Positions 1 through 6,988 of a DNA stretch of 25,102 nt are shown here, one piece after another (position 1 is the first letter of the stretch; each line of letters begins with the position of its first letter). The translations under genes were made by a program, and so were the position numbers. The stretch comes from a virus (lineage: Duplodnaviria > Caudoviricetes): positions 1 through 25,102 of IMG/VR virus record IMGVR_UViG_3300025007_000005; one strand, written 5' to 3'. The notes below the pieces were generated by a model. That model searched no databases, was not told the DNA's origin, and saw nothing but the letters and a program-made list of their open reading frames with translations.

Positions 1-110
1 GAACGGCGTGTGGTTGGGCAGCATGATCCCGCCCGAACCGATGAGGATGGTCGAGGTGGCATTGCCGATATGTGCGAGCACGACCGAGGTCGCGCCGCCT
101 GCAATCCCGG
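1..110 (-). pseudogene. Host LLM-class flavin-dependent oxidoreductase (luciferase-like, YhbW-type); fragment interrupted by the prophage
   Basis: The minus strand reads GIAGGATSVVLAHIGNATSTILIGSGGIMLPNHTPF, matching the luciferase-like monooxygenase signature (GIA..ATSV...IGSGGIMLPNH). The resemblance stops at ~110, where the upstream EHH motif and N-terminus are missing. Confidence 0.8.
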
Positions 111-500
111 TGTTAGGTGACAGGAGGTATTAGAGTGCTGGCTGGGCGGGAATATCCGGGATTTGGCGGGGACTGATGGGATCGAAACCCCAGAATTCCG
201 CCATTCCGGGCAAAATCGGCTGGACGCGCGGGATTGGGTTCAGTGTCTAGAGTCACCGGCCATTTAGACAGTAAATTGACAAGAGCGACTAGAGTCTGCG
301 GTTTTGAGAAGGCACCGTTCAGAATGGGCAGAAAGCCTTCTAAACCGCCATTCAGAGGGCGGTGCGGGCCGAAAATCGGCCGGTCGAGCGGCGCGAGAAG
401 AGTAACAGAACTGCGGCATAACTGGGCGTTTGGGCCGAAATCGGCCGGAAACTGGGCACCTATTGAAATATAAGGGGAAATTCGGACCGTTTGGGCAGCA
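111..500. repeat. Prophage left-end region with degenerate repeats (candidate transposase-binding or pac elements)
   Basis: Non-coding. GGGC(CG)AAA(A)TCGGCYGG-like units at 208-223, 366-383 and 432-448; CTAGAGTC at 247 and 289; CCGCCATTC at 198 and 345. Confidence 0.55.
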
Positions 501-504
501 GAGC

Positions 505-696
505 CTAATCCCCCTCCCCATTAACTGGGACATAAATCAGGCCGCCTTCGGCATGCGGATCTTCGATCAGGCGCACCAGCTGGAAGCCGGGCTGCCACCA
601 TTCTTGCGCTTCCTCGATCGTGTCGAACGCCACGGGCACACCGCCCAGGGGATCTGTCATCGGCGCGCCGGAGGGATGAAGCAGACCAAAGGGCAT
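505..696 (-). CDS. Small hypothetical protein (63 aa), last gene of the leftward lysogeny operon
   Basis: Protein-like composition. The ATG lies 3 nt after the stop of the upstream ORF. Confidence 0.6.
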   Translation of the reverse strand: MPFGLLHPSGAPMTDPLGGVPVAFDTIEEAQEWWQPGFQLVRLIEDPHAEGGLIYVPVNGEGD

Positions 697-699
697 CGA

Positions 700-882
700 T
701 CAGTTGGCGTAGCCCTGCCGATCCTGTTCGCTGTCGAGCACCATGCAGCCTTCGCCGGCCGCAGCCTCCAGCTCGCGCAGGACAGCCTGATAGTCAGATC
801 GCGAGCTGCAGCGAGCGAGATAGCGGCGCGAGCCAGGGATTTCCTTGCCGCTTTCGTCAGCCACGTAGAGATAGCCTTTCAC
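700..882 (-). CDS. Small hypothetical protein (~60 aa, MKGYLYVAD...)
   Basis: The GTG at 882 overlaps the upstream stop (GTGA). The ORF track gives a longer 700..951 version. Confidence 0.6.
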   Translation of the reverse strand: MKGYLYVADESGKEIPGSRRYLARCSSRSDYQAVLRELEAAAGEGCMVLDSEQDRQGYAN

Positions 883-1001
883 AGCACCACGCCGAGCGCC
901 AGGGAGAGGACGCCAATGGCCAGCAAAACGGCGAACTCGCAACGCATCCACCTACGCTCAGTCGGAGGAGAGTCGTTGTCAGACCATTCACGCAAAGCCA
1001 T
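879..1001 (-). CDS. Small membrane peptide (~40 aa, C-terminal TM helix)
   Basis: MALREWSDNDSPPTERRWMRCEFAVLLAIGVLSLALGVVL. GAGGGA lies upstream and the stop is coupled to the next GTG. Confidence 0.5.
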   Translation of the reverse strand: MALREWSDNDSPPTERRWMRCEFAVLLAIGVLSLALGVVL

Positions 1002-1014
1002 CACTTTCCGTCCC

Positions 1015-1365
1015 TCAGGCGCAGTCGCGAAAACGGTTACGCCACTTCCCGGATAGTATTGATCCGCCCCAGCGCATTTCGGCCCGCGTCGGTTCCGTCT
1101 CGTAGATCGTGATTGTCCACATGGTGAGGCCGCCGTTGTTGAAGTCCATGATGCGCCGCCCATCGCCGCGAATTACGTTGGGTGTACCTGCGCTCGACAA
1201 AGCAATGGAGATGCATTCCTCCAGTTGGGCAGGCGTTTTGGCTGTTTCATAAGTGATCTTTGCCGGTTGTTTGTCTAAATCGCCGACCGTGGCGCACCCG
1301 CCCAATCCAGCTGCCGCCAGCGAGACGATAAGCGCAGCACTGCTCATTTTGGGCAACATCGACAA
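1015..1365 (-). CDS. Lipoprotein, candidate superinfection-exclusion or lysogenic-conversion protein
   Basis: Signal peptide with lipobox LGGC and two further Cys. GGAG RBS upstream. Directly downstream of the repressor. Confidence 0.8.
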   Translation of the reverse strand: MSMLPKMSSAALIVSLAAAGLGGCATVGDLDKQPAKITYETAKTPAQLEECISIALSSAGTPNVIRGDGRRIMDFNNGGLTMWTITIYETEPTRAEMRWGGSILSGKWRNRFRDCA

Positions 1366-1384
1366 TCTCCCATCCTACTCCTGC

Positions 1385-2086
1385 TCATATCCGGCGCACT
1401 ACGGCCACCACGCGGCCGATGATCTGCAGTTCGTCATCGCCGGGATCGTAATCTGGCACGTTCTCATTGTCCGACAGCAGCGTGATCTTGCCCCCGCCCA
1501 TGCGGACGCGCTTTACCATGCCGATGCCGCCGACCGATAGCACCCAGATCTGATCATTCACGCTGATTGTGTCGCGGCTGCGGTCGATAAGCAGCACATC
1601 GCGATCGCCGATGGTCGGATACATGCTGTCGCCAATTCCGTGGGAGAAGCACAGCAGCTGCTCCGGCGCCTTGGTGAACATGCGCACGAATGAACGCGGG
1701 AAATGTTCGATGACCTCACCGGGATCGATCCCGTCGAGAAAGGTGCCGCCCATACCATAGCCCAACTCGAGCATCGGGATGGCGAGGCTGTCGCCACCAA
1801 TGGCCAAGGCCGCAGGCTGGTGCGTAAAGTCGCGCTGGCGATCCGCGAGCCCACCCGGGAATTCGTCTTCTCCGTGAAGGTAGGCATCCCACCCAGGGAA
1901 AGCTGGGAATGCGAGGCGTAGTTTCTCGATCGTCGGCTGGCTGAGCCGATGAGAAGAAGTCCCGCTGTACGGTCGATTGATGGTGGTGACGGCCACACCA
2001 GCCCGCTTCGCAAGTGCAGCGGGCGTTAGCCCATCATGCTTGGCGATTGCCTGCAACAGGGCCGTATCTCGTTCAGTGCCGTCCAT
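1385..2086 (-). CDS. Phage repressor, CI/LexA-type (N-terminal HTH plus S24 peptidase)
   Basis: HTH LTPAALAKRAGVAVTTINR. S24 motifs GDSMYPTI..GDRDVLLID, VKRV, LLSDN and IIGRVV. Confidence 0.93.
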   Translation of the reverse strand: MDGTERDTALLQAIAKHDGLTPAALAKRAGVAVTTINRPYSGTSSHRLSQPTIEKLRLAFPAFPGWDAYLHGEDEFPGGLADRQRDFTHQPAALAIGGDSLAIPMLELGYGMGGTFLDGIDPGEVIEHFPRSFVRMFTKAPEQLLCFSHGIGDSMYPTIGDRDVLLIDRSRDTISVNDQIWVLSVGGIGMVKRVRMGGGKITLLSDNENVPDYDPGDDELQIIGRVVAVVRRI

Positions 2087-2171
2087 GGGCGCACGCTAAG
2101 CAAATCAGCCGAATAGCGCTGTTAGCATTTTCGCTATTGCATGTTAGCTTTATCGCTAATACCATAGCGCT
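2087..2171. promoter_or_regulatory. Divergent immunity switch: two operator-like TAGC-N6-GCTA palindromes and two promoters
   Basis: TGTTAGC-N6-GCTA at 2120-2136 and 2142-2158 (22-bp spacing). Rightward TTGCAT(2137)-N17-TACCAT(2160). Leftward -10-like TAGCGT at 2098-2093. Confidence 0.75.
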
Positions 2172-2414
2172 ATGGATCAACAGGCAGTCATTGCTGACAT
2201 CGAGCAGCGCGCATACGAGGAGCGGGTTTCGATCCGTTTTCTCTGCCAGCGTGCAGGTGTTCATCCGACCACCTTCAGCAGGTGGAAAAAGTCGGACGAT
2301 AACTCTGAGCCCATGGGCGCGAACTACGCGTCTCTGCAGAAGCTTTGGAACGCCCTCGACGACATCGCTGCCGAGAATAAGCGCCGCCGCGCGCGCAAGG
2401 CGGTGGCGGCATGA
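2172..2414 (+). CDS. Cro/Ner-like HTH regulator
   Basis: Short HTH (SIRFLCQRAGVHPTTFSRWK), divergent from the repressor. Confidence 0.85.
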   Translation: MDQQAVIADIEQRAYEERVSIRFLCQRAGVHPTTFSRWKKSDDNSEPMGANYASLQKLWNALDDIAAENKRRRARKAVAA

Positions 2415-3076
2415 CGCATCCGCACGATGCCGTTCGCGTGGCCCCGGTGGGGATCGATGCCGAGGGGCAGATCGAAGTGTTCGGCCTGAAATTCTGGTCG
2501 GAAGAGGCGACCAGGCATGCGCGCCGCATCGTGGCGCTGTGCGTGGCCCATGCGCCGCACCAGCGGGCTGCGGTGCTTTCGCTGAAAGGCGAGTTGCTGT
2601 GCCATGTCGAGCTGATCGATGATGGCGGGCTGACCGAACGGCGAGAGCAACGCCGCGCCGAGGCGCAGGAGCTGATCGACGAAGCGCAGCACGAGGCGCG
2701 CGATATCGAGGCGGATGCGCGCGCATTAATCGTTCGCGGGCAGGCCGAGCTGTTGATCGATCTCATCGATAAGCGCATCGAGCATGCCCGCCTCCGCCAC
2801 CGCATCGGCGCATTCTGCCGACAGCTTGCGCCGGGCCATGGCGAAGGTTTCCTGCGCCGAGCCCGGGCAGTGCTGTTCCAGCGTATGGACGTGCGAGGTG
2901 AGCAGCGCCCACATCGCCATGTACCTGGCTTCGAAATTGCCAAGGCGATTTTCGAACATCCGCATGCGATCCTGGGTGGTCATGGCCATCGGGAGACTTC
3001 CTTTTCTGTTGGCGATGGGAAGGAGGCTAAGCGCGCTGCCGAGGCCGGTCACTGTCTAAGTGAGGTGGCGAAATGA
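2411..3076 (+). CDS. Hypothetical early protein; its 3' half overlaps an antisense gene
   Basis: ATGA coupling to cro at the start and to the ParB-like gene at the end. The first ~105 aa look protein-like. Confidence 0.5.
   Translation: MTHPHDAVRVAPVGIDAEGQIEVFGLKFWSEEATRHARRIVALCVAHAPHQRAAVLSLKGELLCHVELIDDGGLTERREQRRAEAQELIDEAQHEARDIEADARALIVRGQAELLIDLIDKRIEHARLRHRIGAFCRQLAPGHGEGFLRRARAVLFQRMDVRGEQRPHRHVPGFEIAKAIFEHPHAILGGHGHRETSFSVGDGKEAKRAAEAGHCLSEVAK
2726..2989 (-). CDS. Antisense hypothetical helical protein (87 aa)
   Basis: MAMTTQDRMRMFENRL... with AAAGGAAG RBS and a candidate promoter GTGACC(3052)-N17-TAGCCT(3029). Confidence 0.65.
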   Translation of the reverse strand: MAMTTQDRMRMFENRLGNFEARYMAMWALLTSHVHTLEQHCPGSAQETFAMARRKLSAECADAVAEAGMLDALIDEIDQQLGLPAND

Positions 3077-4086
3077 GCAGCCACCAATCGCTGTTGTCGA
3101 GCGCCGAAATCATCGCGCTGAATCCGGCCGACATTTTCGTGCCTAGTCGCATCGGCTTTTACCACGAGGACAAGGCAACCGCGCTTGGCCGCCTGATCGC
3201 GGTGGATGGCCAGCGCGATCCGATCAAGGTGAAGGCTCGCAGCCAGGGCGATCAGGCCTGGGAGCTGATCACCGGACTTCACCGATTGCGCGGCTGCGCA
3301 AACGAGCAAATCAGCGTCTTCGCGCTGGTGGTGGATGGCGAGGCTGAAGACTTCGCCGATCTGGAAGCCAGCGAGAACCTGCACCGCCGCCCGCTGGGGC
3401 CGATCGAGCGCGCGAAATTCACCGCCGCATTGGTCCAGGCCGCGCAGGATCGCATCGCGCGGGAGCATGGCGATCTGAAGCAGCACCAGCTTGGAGCGAA
3501 GGCGCGATGGCAGCGTGTAAAAGATAAAGAGACTACTGCCGACCAAGTGCTTCAGCAGGAGGCTGACGATGCTGCGGACAAGATGTCCGCAGCATACAGT
3601 TGGCAGGAATCGGTTGCCGACGCGCTTGGCTTAGACCGCCGAACAATCCGGCGTGATCTTTCGCTGTTTCGCCTTCTGATCGAGCCGTTCCCCGACCTGA
3701 TCGAGGCGCTGGCGAAGCACCCAGTCGTCGGTGAGAACGCCAGCCAGCTGAAAAAGATCTGCGCAGTGCCGGACGAACTGCATCGGCGCACTGTGATCGA
3801 GGCGCTGCTGGCGGACAGCGAGCTGAGCGCGGACGAGGCGCGGGTGCAGGCCGGGATCGATCGGCCCGAGGGGCCTGCGCCTGCGACGCACCAAAAGTTC
3901 TACGACCAGGTCAAGGGCGGGTGGTCACGACTTGGCCGCGCCGAACGAAAGCGCCTGCTGCCGGAACTCTACAAGCAATTCACCCACGAAGAACGCGCCG
4001 TTCTGCGCGAGCTGCTGGAGGGCGATGATGCCTCTCAGTTCGAGCCCGGCACGCTCGCTTATCGCATGGCGAGAGGTGAACTGTGA
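3073..4086 (+). CDS. ParB/Srx N-terminal domain protein with HTH
   Basis: GQRDPIKV, LITGLHRLRG and EASENLHRRPLGPIERA motifs. HTH SVADALGLDRRTIRRDL. Confidence 0.88.
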   Translation: MSSHQSLLSSAEIIALNPADIFVPSRIGFYHEDKATALGRLIAVDGQRDPIKVKARSQGDQAWELITGLHRLRGCANEQISVFALVVDGEAEDFADLEASENLHRRPLGPIERAKFTAALVQAAQDRIAREHGDLKQHQLGAKARWQRVKDKETTADQVLQQEADDAADKMSAAYSWQESVADALGLDRRTIRRDLSLFRLLIEPFPDLIEALAKHPVVGENASQLKKICAVPDELHRRTVIEALLADSELSADEARVQAGIDRPEGPAPATHQKFYDQVKGGWSRLGRAERKRLLPELYKQFTHEERAVLRELLEGDDASQFEPGTLAYRMARGEL

Positions 4087-4097
4087 TGCGCGCCCGA

Positions 4098-4376
4098 TCA
4101 GCAGAGCGGGTTGTTTCGATCAGCCCGCGGATCGTCGGGAAACGGCGTCTTGGTGTCCAGCTGAATGCTCTTCAGAGCAGAGAGGAGGAACATTGCCTGC
4201 ACGAAATCCATCTGGACCTCGCGGAAACCCGAGGTCGTCGCAAACTGGATCGCAACCTGATCAGGTCGCCCCTGGCCATCGAGTTCAATGCGGCATCCCA
4301 GTATATGATCCGCGCGTTCCGCACGAACGTCGGGACCGATAACGAACTCGCCGTACATCCTGGTATTCTCGGACAC
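4098..4376 (-). CDS. Antisense hypothetical protein (92 aa)
   Basis: GTG start with AGGAG RBS. Candidate promoter TTGACG(4434)-N16-CATCCT(4412). Globular-looking sequence. Confidence 0.7.
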   Translation of the reverse strand: MSENTRMYGEFVIGPDVRAERADHILGCRIELDGQGRPDQVAIQFATTSGFREVQMDFVQAMFLLSALKSIQLDTKTPFPDDPRADRNNPLC

Positions 4377-4455
4377 ATCAGCTCTCCTGCAGCACCAAGC
4401 CCCTGCAGGATGACCGAAGCGGCCGGGGCGTCAAGCCCCGGCTGTGGAGGTGCCC

Positions 4456-5145
4456 ATGCGCGGTGAGATTTCATCTGGCCGGCACGCCAAGCGGCATCCG
4501 CTGGACTGGTATGTCGACGAAATCTGGTGCGCGCGGCAGCTGGCCGCAGCCCTTGGTGATTTCAACCGTGAGAGAGCTTTGGGCCACAGCGTGTGGGACC
4601 CGAGCTGCGGCTTCGGCAACACGCTGCAGGCAGCCTGGGAGCTGGGCGTGCAGACGCACGGTTCGGACCTGGTCGATAATTTCGCCTGGGAGCAGTTCGA
4701 CGCTTGTCCGGATCTGCCGCGTCCGCGCTGGTTCAGCGGCAATTTCCTCGACCAGCGCAGCGCACCAGGCCCCTGCAGCATCGTCTGCAACCCGCCTTAT
4801 AGCTATATCAAAGGGATCGCAGAGGATTTCGCCCGCAAGGCATTGAGCCTTGCCAGCGGGCGCGTGTGCTTCCTCATGCCGAACAAGTGGCTGAGCAGCC
4901 AGGTTCGGTTCCAGCTGTTCGCCGCTGACCATCCCCCGCAGGCCATCCTGCACCTGACCCAGCGGCCGAGCATGCCGCCGGGCGATCGCATCGCAGCGAT
5001 GGGCAATCGCGCCTTTCGTGGCGGAATGATCGATTACTGCTGGGTGGTCTGGGACACCATGCGCCCGACCAAGCCCGGTCATACGCGGACCATCTGGTTG
5101 CCCAAGCTGAGCGAGCCGATCGCACCGATCGAGGGGATCGCGTGA
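4456..5145 (+). CDS. Solitary amino (N6-adenine) DNA methyltransferase
   Basis: SAM-binding WDPSCGFG followed by catalytic NPPY. GGAGG RBS at 4446-4450. Confidence 0.85.
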   Translation: MRGEISSGRHAKRHPLDWYVDEIWCARQLAAALGDFNRERALGHSVWDPSCGFGNTLQAAWELGVQTHGSDLVDNFAWEQFDACPDLPRPRWFSGNFLDQRSAPGPCSIVCNPPYSYIKGIAEDFARKALSLASGRVCFLMPNKWLSSQVRFQLFAADHPPQAILHLTQRPSMPPGDRIAAMGNRAFRGGMIDYCWVVWDTMRPTKPGHTRTIWLPKLSEPIAPIEGIA

Positions 5146-5429
5146 TGGTGGCGCTGACCGCAAAGCAGAGCGCGCTGCTGCGTTTCATCGCCGGGTACCA
5201 AGCGGCCCACGGCTATTCGCCCAGTTATCGCGAGATGCGCGAGGGCGTGGGCGTTCGCAGCAACCAGCGCATTTTCGAGATGGTCGATGCGCTGGAGGAA
5301 CGCGGCGCCATCACACGCCTGCCGCACAAGGCGCGCGCGATTACTATCCGGGTCAACGTTCCCCTGCCCCGCGCGCCCGATGGCGCGCCGCTCCATGCCG
5401 TCCCGATCGGAGGTGAGGCATGGGCCTGA
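5142..5429 (+). CDS. LexA DNA-binding-domain-only protein
   Basis: LTAKQ..LLRFI....GYSPSYREM...G..S......DALEERGAI.R....ARAI matches the LexA winged HTH. No peptidase domain. Confidence 0.85.
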   Translation: MMVALTAKQSALLRFIAGYQAAHGYSPSYREMREGVGVRSNQRIFEMVDALEERGAITRLPHKARAITIRVNVPLPRAPDGAPLHAVPIGGEAWA

Positions 5430-5641
5430 CAACCACCGAGCAAGCAGTGCTGACGCGCAGCGACCAGGGCATGCTGAACGCGACGATCGCGCGCGAGCTG
5501 AAGCTGCGGCCGCGGTACGTCGATACGATCGTCAGCCGGTATTCGATTTCCCTGGCGAGCGATGCCGCACGCGATGCGACGATCCGCAAAGCCACGCGGG
5601 AACTGGGCAAGGCCGTTGCTGCGGCGGGAGGGCACCGATGA
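5420..5641 (+). CDS. Small HTH-like protein
   Basis: GGAGG RBS; HTH-like GMLNATIARELKLRPRYVDTIV. Confidence 0.7.
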   Translation: MGLTTTEQAVLTRSDQGMLNATIARELKLRPRYVDTIVSRYSISLASDAARDATIRKATRELGKAVAAAGGHR

Positions 5642-5874
5642 TGGCCGACCGCGCCGCCCAGCTGCGCCACCACCGCAAATGCTTCGAATATGGGCTGAGG
5701 CACGGGATCACGCCGCGCGAAGCCGATCTGGAAATGAAGCTGCAGGCTGCCCGCGATCGGGCGCGCACGCTGCAGCAACGAATGGCCGAGAAGCACCGCG
5801 CCGAATGCGTGGCGCCCGCGCCGATCGCCACACCCGAAGAACCCAAGAAACCATTCTGGTGGGAGGAAAACTGA
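5638..5874 (+). CDS. Hypothetical protein (78 aa)
   Basis: ATGA overlap and GGAGG RBS. Confidence 0.65.
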   Translation: MMADRAAQLRHHRKCFEYGLRHGITPREADLEMKLQAARDRARTLQQRMAEKHRAECVAPAPIATPEEPKKPFWWEEN

Positions 5875-5876
5875 TC

Positions 5877-6185
5877 ATGGCCGAAACGCCAAACCAATCC
5901 GCATGCGCCGGCCTGCACGGCCTTGGCCTCGAGCGCGATCTACCGATGGGCGCAACTGTGGGCGATCCTGCTGAGTGGGCGAAGATCCTGAACCATTACC
6001 GCCTGGCGAGCCGCGACATGCGCGACGATGCCGGCGAATACCTGGAAGCCGATCCGTATTTTGCCGAAGCGCGGCCGCTGCCTGAAGAAGCGGAGGACGC
6101 CGGGCAGGTGAATGGTGCGTTCACCTGGGCGCTGGTGGCCATCACGATCGAAGCCGCCGCGCTTTGCGCATGGTGGTTAGCATGA
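5877..6185 (+). CDS. Hypothetical protein with C-terminal TM helix (102 aa)
   Basis: GGAGG RBS and hydrophobic C-terminus. Confidence 0.65.
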   Translation: MAETPNQSACAGLHGLGLERDLPMGATVGDPAEWAKILNHYRLASRDMRDDAGEYLEADPYFAEARPLPEEAEDAGQVNGAFTWALVAITIEAAALCAWWLA

Positions 6186-6325
6186 GTGCGGCCCCACAAG
6201 CACGCGCACGCTGCGCCGCGCCCGATACCCAGCGTCGCCCGCGAAAAAGGGCGCTGCAGATCGACCTGAACAAAGTGCCCAGCTCGATGGAGCAACTGGC
6301 CGACACTTGGAAAGGCAATCGGTGA
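6182..6325 (+). CDS. Small hypothetical protein (47 aa; below the ORF-track cutoff)
   Basis: ATGA overlap at the start and GTGA overlap with the next gene. Confidence 0.5.
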   Translation: MSAAPQARARCAAPDTQRRPRKRALQIDLNKVPSSMEQLADTWKGNR

Positions 6326-6543
6326 CGAACCGGGTCGCAACCAAGCCATTCGAGACCATGCGCGCGGACCTGATCGCGCGGGGATTGCTGACTGCCGATC
6401 ATCGGCTGACAGCAGCCGGAAAGGCGCATGTAGCCCTGATCATACTCGGTCTGGCTGCCGGCGAGGCGGACAACGATCCCGATGGCCCATGCGTGGAGTG
6501 GCAGATCGACTTTCGCAGGCGGGGAGTGCCGTATCGTGCCTAA
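6322..6543 (+). CDS. Hypothetical protein
   Basis: Coupled GTG start (alternative ATG at 6358). Overlaps the next start. Confidence 0.6.
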   Translation: MTNRVATKPFETMRADLIARGLLTADHRLTAAGKAHVALIILGLAAGEADNDPDGPCVEWQIDFRRRGVPYRA

Positions 6544-6988
6544 GGCCAAGGCCCATCCCGACCAGATGCCATTCGATTTCGAGGCGCCAGCCCCGCGCAA
6601 GGGCCGTGCCGAACTGGCGGGGCTGGAACGCCGCATCAACGAAACCGTGGGCAGCATGCTGAACAGCGATGATCGACCGCGTGAAGTGATCGCGGCGGAA
6701 ATGAGCGTTCTGCTGGATGAACCAATCAGCCGCGCAATGCTGGATGCCTATTCGAGCCCGGCACGGGTCGAACACCGCGTGCCGATGAGCCGCCTGTTGG
6801 CATTGGCCGTGGTGACCGCCCGTCAGGACCTGCTGCGCCCGATCCTGCGCGAGGTCGGGATGGAAGCCCTGATGGGCAACGAAGTGAAACTGGCCCGCCT
6901 GGGCCAGATCGATGCGCGGATCAGGGAACTGCAGGCGGAGAAACGGGGCCTTTCGAGCACCACGACGCCGATGGAGAGGAATAGTTAG
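6536..6988 (+). CDS. Hypothetical protein immediately upstream of MuA (probable DNA-binding)
   Basis: GTG start with GGGGAG upstream. REVIAAEMS......IS.AMLDAYSS motif. The stop abuts the MuA ATG. Confidence 0.75.
   Translation: MPKAKAHPDQMPFDFEAPAPRKGRAELAGLERRINETVGSMLNSDDRPREVIAAEMSVLLDEPISRAMLDAYSSPARVEHRVPMSRLLALAVVTARQDLLRPILREVGMEALMGNEVKLARLGQIDARIRELQAEKRGLSSTTTPMERNS

Noticed and set aside
198-496. CRISPR array
   Set aside because: The repeats are short, degenerate and irregularly spaced, and there are no cas genes.
430-1056. Plus-strand 208-aa ORF near the left end
   Set aside because: It is antisense to the coupled minus-strand small genes, has a TTG start and shows no recognisable features.
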